Shown here piece by piece: positions 10,419 through 19,177 of a DNA stretch of 64,000 nt. The position numbers and the translations under genes were made by a program. How positions within the stretch are numbered: the first letter of the stretch is position 1; each line of letters opens with the position of its first letter. The notes below the pieces were generated by a model. That model did no database searches, was not told the DNA's origin, and was given only the letters and a program-made list of their open reading frames with translations. Source of the stretch: an uncultured Clostridium sp. (GTDB taxonomy: Bacteria > Bacillota > Clostridia > Lachnospirales > Lachnospiraceae); assembly GCA_964484055.1 (NCBI GenBank), contig CAZAEC010000011.1, forward strand, positions 2,107-66,106. Reading direction: 5' to 3'.

Positions 10419-11012
10419 TTATGTATCTGTCCTTTTCATTATTTTTATCTTATGCGCCTCCAGACCAAATAATGCCTGTATCGCCTCTGTGATATTTTTT
10501 ACAACCACGGCATTATCTCCACCTTCTGCGATCACAACAACTCCTTGGATCTCTGGGAGTAATTCTTCTGAAATATAAGGAGTTTGTGATCCATCCGCTT
10601 CTTGAATATAAACACTCGTTCTTTCCGAACTTCTATCTTCTGAATTTCTTGTTCCTCCTGCTGAATCCGCTTCCACCGTTTTTTGAGAATCTGACTGTTG
10701 ATCTTTCTCTACGATCTTCTGTCCATTTGAAGAAAATGTAATGATGATCTCCGTCTTTCCAACCCCGCTCACATGCTCCAACGCTCCTGCGATCTTCCCT
10801 TCCAAATATTCGCTATATTCCGTAATATCTGTTGATGCAACCGCCATTTTTTCATTTACCATCTCATCTTTATCTTGCACTGTCTGTGTTTTCTTTGTTG
10901 GAATTGCGATCACGACCAACAGCAAGCCCGTAAGCAAGACAAGCAACAATTGGCTCTTTTTCGAAATATTTGAATGTTCCTTTATTCTTTTTAACCACAC
11001 TCTCCATTCCAC
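10419..11012 (-). CDS. spoIIIAG: Stage III sporulation protein AG
   Basis: LEHVSGVGKTEIIIT, PEIQGVVVIAEGG, HKIKIMK. Confidence 0.93.
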   Translation of the reverse strand: MEWRVWLKRIKEHSNISKKSQLLLVLLTGLLLVVIAIPTKKTQTVQDKDEMVNEKMAVASTDITEYSEYLEGKIAGALEHVSGVGKTEIIITFSSNGQKIVEKDQQSDSQKTVEADSAGGTRNSEDRSSERTSVYIQEADGSQTPYISEELLPEIQGVVVIAEGGDNAVVVKNITEAIQALFGLEAHKIKIMKRTDT

Positions 11013-11033
11013 AGCTTTCCTCTCTCCCCTCCT

Positions 11034-11405
11034 TTATTCTTCCCCTATCACAACTGGCTCAATCCTCACTGTTTCATTTTCTGGCTGCTCGCCTTGTCCT
11101 TCTCCTTCCTGCAAATATTCTTCCGGAAGGAAATCTAAAATATCCGTATCTGTAAAATAGTTTTCCATCATTTCCATTTCTTCTTTTTTCTGTTCATACG
11201 AATATCCTTCATACAAATCTTTTATCGTCTGCTCTTTTCCTAATACCCTCACAATTGGCAGAAATACAAGCAAGATTAAAACAATCCCCGAAAAGAACTG
11301 AATATATTTCTGATACCCATTCCCCGGCAGAACTTTGAATATCACAGATACTATGATCATGTAAAATGCAATATTTTTTATCCATTCATAAAGCCAATCC
11401 AACAT
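11034..11405 (-). CDS. spoIIIAF: Stage III sporulation protein AF
   Basis: LP...YQKYIQFFSGIVLILLV..PI; operon position. Confidence 0.88.
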   Translation of the reverse strand: MLDWLYEWIKNIAFYMIIVSVIFKVLPGNGYQKYIQFFSGIVLILLVFLPIVRVLGKEQTIKDLYEGYSYEQKKEEMEMMENYFTDTDILDFLPEEYLQEGEGQGEQPENETVRIEPVVIGEE

Positions 11406-11428
11406 ATCGCCTTCCTTCTCTATCTCAT

Positions 11429-12604
11429 TTATGATGTAGACGAAGCTGCAATCGCGATCGTGAGCAAAAACATAAGCAATGTTGTCAACAACACTTTCAT
11501 CATCAGCTCATATCCTTCCCCAACACTGCTGATACATTCTGTGATCCGCTTATCCGATACTGGCTGCACGACCGCTGCCGTCAATTGATATAACAGCACG
11601 AGTAATACCATCTGTATAAGTGGAACTGCACAAACAAGAAGTAAAATAACTGCGCCTGCCATTCCAACCCCATTTTTCAGAAGCACTGCTGTTCCCATTA
11701 CAAGATCTGCTGCTCCACCAAAAACATTTCCAAGCCCTGGTAAAGATTCTATAGTCTTCGTAACAGTATTCCTTTTTACAAGATCAACAGAAGGACCGAT
11801 CAACCCTTGCACAATATTGATTCCAACTACAATTCCCAAAGCAGTTTTCAAAAACCAGCCAATAAATTTTTTCAAAAGTTCTGCCAGCTTTCCCAAAAAT
11901 TCTTCTGGAAACATATGATTCATAATCTGCACAACTATGTAAATGTGAATAACAGGAATTAAAAATCGGAGCAATAACATTTCTGACACATAGATCAAAA
12001 GCAAAACCAGATTATAAAACCAAATAGCACTGCTGCTTCCAACTGCAAGCGCCATAACAAGAAAATATGCCGGACAAAACACACTCATAAAATTTAAGAT
12101 ATTCGATAGATCTTGTTCGATCCCATACATCGCGATGCGAAATGTATTCAGACACAATGTAATAAGTAAAATATAAAGAATATAAAATCCAACCTCAGAT
12201 ATTTGCTTACTCTGCACAACATTTGAAAAATTTGAAAATATCGCCGCAACGATCGCGATCAATAAAATATGGATCAGATTTTGCTTGTTTGTCCGAAATT
12301 CATAAAATATCTGATCCTGTAAGAACTGAAAAAATATTTTTCCAACAGCCTCCCAGTCTCCCTCAATAACTGTAAGGACTACTTCTTTAAATTTTATTTT
12401 TTCATCAGGCAAAAGTCGAGAAATGCTCTCATCCAATTCCGCAAAATCAATACTTTCTAATATTTTATTTTCCGTCTTTTGTTGTATTTCTTCCAATTCC
12501 AACGCTGTTTCCTGTTCAAAATCAGAAGCAGGAGTAGCATAGACCGTTATATTTCCGATAAAAAGCAGGTAAAATAGAACGAAACCAACTTTCAAAAATT
12601 TCAT
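11429..12604 (-). CDS. spoIIIAE: Stage III sporulation protein AE
   Basis: Polytopic membrane protein with LLKNGVGMAG motif; operon position. Confidence 0.9.
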   Translation of the reverse strand: MKFLKVGFVLFYLLFIGNITVYATPASDFEQETALELEEIQQKTENKILESIDFAELDESISRLLPDEKIKFKEVVLTVIEGDWEAVGKIFFQFLQDQIFYEFRTNKQNLIHILLIAIVAAIFSNFSNVVQSKQISEVGFYILYILLITLCLNTFRIAMYGIEQDLSNILNFMSVFCPAYFLVMALAVGSSSAIWFYNLVLLLIYVSEMLLLRFLIPVIHIYIVVQIMNHMFPEEFLGKLAELLKKFIGWFLKTALGIVVGINIVQGLIGPSVDLVKRNTVTKTIESLPGLGNVFGGAADLVMGTAVLLKNGVGMAGAVILLLVCAVPLIQMVLLVLLYQLTAAVVQPVSDKRITECISSVGEGYELMMKVLLTTLLMFLLTIAIAASSTS

Positions 12605-12987
12605 TTTAAAAACTCCTGGATTGTCTGTAACAACGTTAAAAGTGTTGGCATTCCAAGTGCAAGAATCGTCAGCTTACTGAACACTTCAATCTGTACAGCA
12701 ATTGTCTGATGTCCTGCATCTTTACAAATACACGAACAAAATTCCGCTATATATGCAATCCCAACCATTTTCAACATAAGTGCTATATATTCTGCATCGA
12801 CATTGATATACTGCTGAATCTGCTGTATTGCATTAACGAAGATTGCCAACCGATCCACAATACAAGCAAATAAAACGATTCCGACAGCCACACTTATGTA
12901 AATACCATATTCTGCTCTCCCACTTCGGAACTGTACTGCTAAAAGAACTCCGATCAGACCGATCACGCCAATTTGTATCACACCCAT
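12601..12987 (-). CDS. spoIIIAD: Stage III sporulation protein AD
   Basis: KMVGIAYIAEF....CKDAG...IAVQIE...K. Confidence 0.93.
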   Translation of the reverse strand: MGVIQIGVIGLIGVLLAVQFRSGRAEYGIYISVAVGIVLFACIVDRLAIFVNAIQQIQQYINVDAEYIALMLKMVGIAYIAEFCSCICKDAGHQTIAVQIEVFSKLTILALGMPTLLTLLQTIQEFLK

Positions 12988-13002
12988 ATCATCACCTACT
13001 TT

Positions 13003-13197
13003 TTATAGCGAGAACATTCGTTGAACAGAAACAAACAGATCGTAAATGTAAGGCAATACCCATGACAACACAAGGATCAGCCCCGCAAAACTCACAAGAA
13101 ATGCCTGTTCGTCACGCCCACTGTGTTTTAGCACCTGACACAAGATTGTCACTAAAATTCCAACTGCTGCAATTTTAAAAATCAGATTTATCGTCAT
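13003..13197 (-). CDS. spoIIIAC: Stage III sporulation protein AC
   Basis: INLIFKIAAVGILV..LCQVLKHSGRDEQA; AAGGTGA RBS before ATG 13197. Confidence 0.93.
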   Translation of the reverse strand: MTINLIFKIAAVGILVTILCQVLKHSGRDEQAFLVSFAGLILVLSWVLPYIYDLFVSVQRMFSL

Positions 13198-13207
13198 ATC
13201 TTTCACC

Positions 13208-13726
13208 TTAATTAAAAATGATGATCAAAAACAACCCACTCATGACCCCAATACAGTTTCCAATCCTTTTCTTATCCGAAATTTCTGTTCTTGCTTTTTT
13301 TATCCCTAAATCTAGTGTTTCTAAATAAAGCTGCAGATTCTTGCTTTCTGACATTCGATCCATTTTCCCGATACAATCTCCTACTTCTTTCAGCTGTTCC
13401 TTATATTCTTTTTTCAAATGTAATTCTTTTAATCTTCTTTCAATACTGATCCTCCATATTTTTCGAAATTCCTCTTCCTCTCGTTTCTCTGTTTGTCTTT
13501 GCAAACTATGCATCCAAGAACGGTATGGCTCTTTGATCCTCACTGCGATCCTACAAAATATTTCATCCAACGGCGCACTGGAATATTCTAATTCTCCTTT
13601 TAACATATTTATGATATGTCGCAGATAATACATATGTTCTAATTGATTCTGCTGTTCCTTTCCATACAAGATCCCAGCCCATGTAGTTGCTGTCAATATC
13701 ATTGCACTTCCTATAAATCGCTGCAC
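13208..13726 (-). CDS. spoIIIAB: Stage III sporulation protein AB
   Basis: GELEYSSAPL, C-terminal GVMSGLFLIII; operon position. Confidence 0.88.
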   Translation of the reverse strand: MQRFIGSAMILTATTWAGILYGKEQQNQLEHMYYLRHIINMLKGELEYSSAPLDEIFCRIAVRIKEPYRSWMHSLQRQTEKREEEEFRKIWRISIERRLKELHLKKEYKEQLKEVGDCIGKMDRMSESKNLQLYLETLDLGIKKARTEISDKKRIGNCIGVMSGLFLIIIFN

Positions 13727-14676
13727 AAAAGATTCCCCCTTTCTCCATAGATTGCTGCAATCTCACCTGGATGCTCTTTATTTTTCAATACAATATATCT
13801 CTCAAATCGATGACTTTTTATCAAATCTCCCAAAATTGGTTTTTCCCGTACTTCCTGCATATCTGCCCCATGCACGCTCGCGATCATTTTACAGCCACAC
13901 TGCATCGCATACTCCACCGAATGGATTTCCTCGATCGTCCCAATCTCATCCACTGCGATCACCTGTGGTGCCATAGAACGGATCAACATCAGCATTCCCT
14001 GCGATTTTGGACAACAATCCAATATATCTGTGCGGATTCCTAGATCATTTTGCGCAACTCCCATATAACAGCCACCAATCTCCGAACGTTCATCCACCAC
14101 GCCTACCGTACAGCCTTTTACATACTCATTTCCATTGGAAATCTGACGGACAAGATCACGGATCAATGTTGTTTTCCCACTTCTTGGTGGTGAAACGATC
14201 AATGTGTGACACACCTGCCCTTTTTCCGTTACAAACCGCATGATCTTATCCGCACAACCTTTAATCTCATGCGTCATTCGTATATTCAACGAAGAAATAT
14301 ATTCCATATTCTTTACTCTGTCATTTTCCAAGATTACTTTTCCAGAGATTCCCACTCTATGCCCTCCTTCTATCGTTATAAACCCTTGCCGCATTTCTTC
14401 CTCATATGCATAAAGTGAATAGTGACTAATGTAATTCAACGTTTCTCTTAAATCTTCTTGTCGGACACCATACTTTTCCATTGCTTTTCTCGGCAGAAAA
14501 TATTCTTTATTCTTGTAAAATATTGCCAATGGTTTTCCAGTCCGCAAACGGATTTCCTGAAGATTCTTCATTTCCAACTGTTCTGTCTCCACAACACTGC
14601 GGACAGACTTTGCCAAAATATTTAGAATCTGCTTTTCTCTTCTATCTTTTATTTCTAAACTTTTCATCTTGTCCAC
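13711..14676 (-). CDS. spoIIIAA: Stage III sporulation protein AA (ATPase)
   Basis: EIRLR, GFITIEGGHRVG, SPPRSGKTTL (Walker A), DERSEI, VIAVDEIG; start may be ATG 14667. Confidence 0.96.
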   Translation of the reverse strand: MDKMKSLEIKDRREKQILNILAKSVRSVVETEQLEMKNLQEIRLRTGKPLAIFYKNKEYFLPRKAMEKYGVRQEDLRETLNYISHYSLYAYEEEMRQGFITIEGGHRVGISGKVILENDRVKNMEYISSLNIRMTHEIKGCADKIMRFVTEKGQVCHTLIVSPPRSGKTTLIRDLVRQISNGNEYVKGCTVGVVDERSEIGGCYMGVAQNDLGIRTDILDCCPKSQGMLMLIRSMAPQVIAVDEIGTIEEIHSVEYAMQCGCKMIASVHGADMQEVREKPILGDLIKSHRFERYIVLKNKEHPGEIAAIYGERGNLLCSDL

Positions 14677-14688
14677 ACCTCTTAGAAC

Positions 14689-14716
14689 AATATATGAACC
14701 ACCGAGAGATTTATGA
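14689..14716 (-). promoter_or_regulatory. SigE-type promoter of spoIIIA
   Basis: TCATAA-14 bp-CATATATT matches the sigmaE consensus; spoIIIA is a known sigmaE operon. Confidence 0.75.
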
Positions 14717-14789
14717 CTGGAGATTTCTTTGCATGAAATGTTATCTCATGATAAAATAATTAAGAATTTAAAAAGGATTGGAGAAAATT

Positions 14790-15341
14790 ATGGAGAAAAA
14801 AACTTTGATCATCAATGGATCGCCACGAAAAAATGGAGATACCGTGGCACTCATCAATGAATTAAAAAAACATTTAACCGGAGAAGTGATCGAGATTTCC
14901 GCCTATCGTTCGAAGATTTCACCTTGTATCGACTGTAGACAATGCGCAAAAGATAACGTCTGTCATATTCGGGATGACATGGACCTTATCTATCAGGATG
15001 ATTTCGATAATATTGTTCTGGCAAGTCCTGTCTATTATGCAGCCTTTCCAGGACCGGTCCTCTCTCTTTTAAGTCGTTTCCAGAATCAGCATACGCTCAT
15101 TGAAAATGGAAAACGACCAGAACTTCGCTCAAAAAAAGCAGGATTGATCGTAACAGGCGGCGGTGCAAGGAACAATTCCGAACATGCTCTTCGCCATGCA
15201 TGGATCCTTTTCCGCATGACAAATGCTCACGGTTTTGAAGAACACACTGTAAGATCCGTAAAAACTGATACGCTTCCTGCTGCTCAGGATACAAATGCTC
15301 TAAATGACTGTAAAAAATTGGCTGAATGGTTGAATGCTTAA
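14790..15341 (+). CDS. Flavodoxin-fold iron-sulfur flavoprotein (Isf / NADPH-dependent FMN reductase family)
   Basis: IINGSPRKNGDT FMN loop, CIDCRQC.....C cluster motif, LASPVYY; GGAGA RBS before ATG 14790. Confidence 0.85.
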   Translation: MEKKTLIINGSPRKNGDTVALINELKKHLTGEVIEISAYRSKISPCIDCRQCAKDNVCHIRDDMDLIYQDDFDNIVLASPVYYAAFPGPVLSLLSRFQNQHTLIENGKRPELRSKKAGLIVTGGGARNNSEHALRHAWILFRMTNAHGFEEHTVRSVKTDTLPAAQDTNALNDCKKLAEWLNA

Positions 15342-15401
15342 ATCTAGTATTGCATTTATAGAACTTACCATTAGCAGATTCTTTTAAACTACATAGCAAC
15401 A

Positions 15402-15437
15402 AAAACCCACTTTCTGGCGAACCAAAAAGTGGGTTTT
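15402..15437. terminator. Bidirectional intrinsic terminator between the flavoprotein and the Fe-ADH
   Basis: AAAACCCACTTT / AAAGTGGGTTTT inverted repeat between convergent genes. Confidence 0.8.
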
Positions 15438-15485
15438 ATCATTCATATCAATTTATTCTTATGTATTTTAATGATCAAATAGAAA

Positions 15486-16631
15486 TTACATTAATTTACG
15501 GAACAGATCTTTCAGATCTTCTACATTTGTATCTCTTGGATTACCAGGAGCACATGCATCTGCAAAAGCAGATTCTGCAAGGAACTGTAAATCTTCTTCT
15601 TTCAAAGCTTCCAGTTTTGTAGGGATTCCTACATCTACAGAAAGTTTCTGTACAGCATCTACTGCAGCTTTTCTGTATTCTTCAACAGACATTGTATCTA
15701 CACCTTCAACGCCCATTGCTTTTGCGATTTCCTTATATTTCTCGCCTGTGTATTCTGCGTTGTATTCCATTACGATTGGAAGCATCATTGCACAAGCAAC
15801 ACCATGTGGTGTGTCATATACTGCACCGAGTGTGTGTGCCATAGAATGAGCGATTCCAAGACCTACGTTAGAGAATCCCATACCTGCGATATACTGTCCA
15901 AGAGCCATGCCGTCACGACCTTCTTTTTCATTTGCAACAGCACCTCTTAATGATTTTCCGATAATTTCAATAGCTTTGATATGGAACATATCTGTCATTT
16001 CCCATGCAGCTTTTGTTGTATAACCTTCAATTGCATGAGTCAGAGCATCCATGCCTGTTGATGCTGTAAGACCTGCTGGCATAGAAGCCATCATGTCTGG
16101 GTCTACGATTGCTACAACTGGCATATCGTGTGGGTCTACACATACAAATTTTCTCTTCTTTTCAACATCAGTGATAACGTAGTTGATCGTTACTTCTGCT
16201 GCTGTACCTGCTGTTGTTGGCACTGCAAGGATTGGTACACAAGGTTTTGTTGTAGGCGCTACACCTTCCAGACTTCTTACATCTTCAAACTCTGGATTTG
16301 TGATGATGATACCGATTGCTTTTGCTGTGTCCATAGAAGAACCGCCACCGATCGCAACGATATAATCTGCGCCTGCTGCCTTAAATGCAGCAACACCATT
16401 CTGTACGTTTTCAATTGTTGGATTTGCTTTGATATCAGAATATACTTCATAAGCCAATCCTGCTTTATCCATAACATCTGTTACTTTTCCAGCAACTCCA
16501 AATTTGATCAGATCAGGGTCTGTGCATACAAGTGCTTTTTTGAACCCTCTTGCGTTTGCCTCTGTTACGATTTCATTGATCGCACCAGATCCATGATAGG
16601 ATGTTTCATTTAACATAATTCTGTTTGCCAT
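15486..16631 (-). CDS. fucO: Iron-containing alcohol dehydrogenase, lactaldehyde reductase (FucO-like)
   Basis: MANRIMLNETSYHGSGA N-terminus, GGGSSMD, PTTAGTAAE, DALTHAIEGY, HSMAH...AVYDTPHG iron ligands. Confidence 0.85.
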   Translation of the reverse strand: MANRIMLNETSYHGSGAINEIVTEANARGFKKALVCTDPDLIKFGVAGKVTDVMDKAGLAYEVYSDIKANPTIENVQNGVAAFKAAGADYIVAIGGGSSMDTAKAIGIIITNPEFEDVRSLEGVAPTTKPCVPILAVPTTAGTAAEVTINYVITDVEKKRKFVCVDPHDMPVVAIVDPDMMASMPAGLTASTGMDALTHAIEGYTTKAAWEMTDMFHIKAIEIIGKSLRGAVANEKEGRDGMALGQYIAGMGFSNVGLGIAHSMAHTLGAVYDTPHGVACAMMLPIVMEYNAEYTGEKYKEIAKAMGVEGVDTMSVEEYRKAAVDAVQKLSVDVGIPTKLEALKEEDLQFLAESAFADACAPGNPRDTNVEDLKDLFRKLM

Positions 16632-16731
16632 AATTTTCGTCTCCTTTGATCATGTATTTCACTGCCTGTACGATGCAGCCTTTTAACGAATAAGCTGTGG
16701 AAACATTTCTATAAAATATGTTCCGCCCAAT

Positions 16732-16749
16732 ATGCTAATATTTTAACAA
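16732..16749. promoter_or_regulatory. Putative Rex operator upstream of the Fe-ADH
   Basis: ATGCTAA-TATT-TTAACAA, 2 mismatches to the clostridial Rex consensus TTGTTAA-N4-TTAACAA. Confidence 0.6.
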
Positions 16750-16802
16750 ACTTACCAAACAAATGCAACCATATCCCTCAAATTTTGTCATATATTTTAA
16801 AA

Positions 16803-16839
16803 ACCCAGAGAAATCCGCCTTCGGCATCATTCTCTGGGT
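16803..16839 (-). terminator. Terminator after the hydrogenase gene
   Basis: ACCCAGAGAA / TTCTCTGGGT inverted repeat with a T run on the minus strand. Confidence 0.75.
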
Positions 16840-16848
16840 CTATAGAAA

Positions 16849-18273
16849 CTAAAGTTCTAAATTAGAAATTGCATCTGTAATTGTTTTTTCGTTTGCTTCT
16901 TTTCCGTATTTGTCTACTTCCGTCTTATTCTTTGGCCCATGTGTCAGACAGCCCGCTCCACCGATACAACCGCCTACACACGCCATACCTTCTACAAAGT
17001 TAGCTTTCAGAATATTTTTATTCTTCTTTAAAAGCGCCATACGGCTTTCTTCAATTCCATCACACACAACTGCTTGAAGATCAAATTCAATTCCCTGTTC
17101 TTTCAGACTCTCTGCAACTGCATCAGACAAACCGCCGGATCTCGCGAAAATTCTTCCATAATAAGAAGCATCATCAAGAGTTCCTTCCTCTAATGTTGTA
17201 ATATCAAGATCTCTGCTGCTAAATAACGCTTCTAATTCTTCAAATGTAAGAACTACATCCACATATGGTTTTACCTCATCTAACTGTGCTTCTGCTTTTT
17301 TCGCAGTACAAGGTCCGATAAAAATTACTTTTGCATCTTCAACGGTTTCTTTGATATATTTTGCTAATGCAGCCATTGGAGATGGATTATGTGAAATAGT
17401 ATCTTCCAATGCTGGGAATGTTTTTTTCACATATTTTACATAGGCTGGACAACAGGAATTTGTCAAAAAGCCTTTTTCTGCTAATTCTTTTGCCTCTGCA
17501 TATGCAACCATATCAGCTCCAAGTGCCGCTTCTACTACTTTATAGAATCCCAGTTCTTTCAGACCAGTGATCACCTGTCCCATCTTTGCATATGCAAACT
17601 GACTGGAAATTGCAGGTGCGACCAATGCATATACTTTATATTTTGTATTATCTTCACTCTTTTGGATCAGATCAACTGCATTTAAGATATAAGATTTATC
17701 CATGATCGCTCCAAATGGACACTGGTATACACATGCTCCACACTGTATACATTTTTCAACATCGATACACGCAGAACTATTTTCATTGATTGAAATTGCT
17801 TTCACTTTACATGCATTCTGACATGGACGTTTTCGATTCACGATTGCTGAAAATGGGCATACATTTGCACACTGTCCACATTCTACACATTTGGATTTAT
17901 CAATATGTGCTGTATGATTATGATCAAAATAAATTGCACCACGTTTACAGATTTCTTTGCAACGATGTGCAAGACAGCCTCGGCAAGAATCTGTCACTTC
18001 AAATCCCGCAGCAGGACATTCATCACATGCAACCTCCATAACTTCAATGACATTTGGATTCTCTGGATTTCCGCCAAGTGCCATTTTTACACGTTCTGCA
18101 ACAATTGCACGCTCTTTATATACACAACAGCGCATCGTTGGCACTTTTCCTGGAATAATGATCTTTGGAATATCCAACACTTTATCAAACAGTGTTCCAT
18201 TCCATGCAAAACGTGCCACCTCCGTTAATGCTCTTGATTTCAAATACTGTACTTTTGTATCAAATTTTCTCAT
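16849..18273 (-). CDS. Monomeric [FeFe]-hydrogenase, group B-type, with N-terminal Fe-S motifs
   Basis: H-cluster motifs L1 TNSCCPAY, L2 GPCTAKKAEA, L3 EGMACVGGCIGGAG; Cys clusters CRGC...C...C, CVECGQC...CP, CIQCGAC...CP. Confidence 0.92.
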   Translation of the reverse strand: MRKFDTKVQYLKSRALTEVARFAWNGTLFDKVLDIPKIIIPGKVPTMRCCVYKERAIVAERVKMALGGNPENPNVIEVMEVACDECPAAGFEVTDSCRGCLAHRCKEICKRGAIYFDHNHTAHIDKSKCVECGQCANVCPFSAIVNRKRPCQNACKVKAISINENSSACIDVEKCIQCGACVYQCPFGAIMDKSYILNAVDLIQKSEDNTKYKVYALVAPAISSQFAYAKMGQVITGLKELGFYKVVEAALGADMVAYAEAKELAEKGFLTNSCCPAYVKYVKKTFPALEDTISHNPSPMAALAKYIKETVEDAKVIFIGPCTAKKAEAQLDEVKPYVDVVLTFEELEALFSSRDLDITTLEEGTLDDASYYGRIFARSGGLSDAVAESLKEQGIEFDLQAVVCDGIEESRMALLKKNKNILKANFVEGMACVGGCIGGAGCLTHGPKNKTEVDKYGKEANEKTITDAISNLEL

Positions 18274-18294
18274 AGTTCCCCCTAATTCAGCTTC

Positions 18295-19041
18295 TTAATA
18301 CTGTGGATCTTTTACCAAAGAAAGAAGTAACTCTCTTTCTTTTTCATTTCCCTTCACAGATTGTGATGCCGCAACGATTGGCAGCCATTTTAAAACATAC
18401 TCTTTTTCTGTATTTGTTTTTTCGCAGAACATTGTAAGATATTTTTCCGCTGTTTCTTTTTCATCTTTTAAAACGAACAAAAGATAGGTTCTTGCCACAT
18501 CCGCAGCTGCATTCCCCTGTGTCACATGAGACCAATCTATAATATATGGTGTTCCTTCCTCTGTAAGAATTACATTCGATGGATTAAAATCGCCATGACA
18601 TACTTTATTGTGTCTTGAAATATTCTCTAATCTTGCATGGAGATCATATCGTGTCACTGCATCCAGATCCGTCATACTGATCTTCATATCCATTTTGTCA
18701 TTTAAACGATTCAATCTAGGACAAGTTTTTGACTGCACAAGAATCTGAAGGTCTACAAACATCTCAAAATAGAAATCTTTCTTGTCTGGTTCTTCCTCCA
18801 TAAGCTGAGCTAATGTCTTTCCCTCTATAAACTCAGATACGATCGCCCATTTATCACCAATTCTTGTAACCTCAAGAACTTTCGGGATATTCAGTCCAGT
18901 ATGTTCAATTCTTGCCTGATTCAAAGCTTCATTCAAAACATCTTCTTCAGAATATTCATTGTTGAATACTTTGATACATTTTCCATTATCACGATAGATT
19001 GTTTTATCCTTTCTTACCCCTATCACATTGTCGAAATTCAT
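18295..19041 (-). CDS. APH/choline-kinase-like phosphotransferase of unknown substrate
   Basis: CIKVF lysine strand, HGDFNPSNV catalytic loop, IDW metal-binding motif. Confidence 0.85.
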   Translation of the reverse strand: MNFDNVIGVRKDKTIYRDNGKCIKVFNNEYSEEDVLNEALNQARIEHTGLNIPKVLEVTRIGDKWAIVSEFIEGKTLAQLMEEEPDKKDFYFEMFVDLQILVQSKTCPRLNRLNDKMDMKISMTDLDAVTRYDLHARLENISRHNKVCHGDFNPSNVILTEEGTPYIIDWSHVTQGNAAADVARTYLLFVLKDEKETAEKYLTMFCEKTNTEKEYVLKWLPIVAASQSVKGNEKERELLLSLVKDPQY

Positions 19042-19089
19042 TGTTATTTGCTTCCTTTCATCTAAGAATAGGCATTCTACGCCTTTAGA

Positions 19090-19107
19090 TCGTTATTATT
19101 TTAACAC
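19090..19107. promoter_or_regulatory. Putative Rex operator upstream of the kinase-hydrogenase operon
   Basis: TCGTTAT-TATT-TTAACAC, 3 mismatches to consensus; shares TATTTTAACA with the Fe-ADH site. Confidence 0.45.
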
Positions 19108-19177
19108 TATATATTCTATTTGTGAATGTCAAAATTTCCCATTTTTTCTTTAAAAATCTCCAAAAATTTGCACATTT

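Noticed and set aside
16785-16802. Third Rex-like site (TTGTCAT-ATAT-TTTAAAA)
   Set aside because: Four mismatches in an AT-rich region; not distinguishable from background.
18295-19041. Aminoglycoside resistance gene
   Set aside because: Only the generic APH/kinase fold motifs are present, and the context is a hydrogenase operon with no mobile element.
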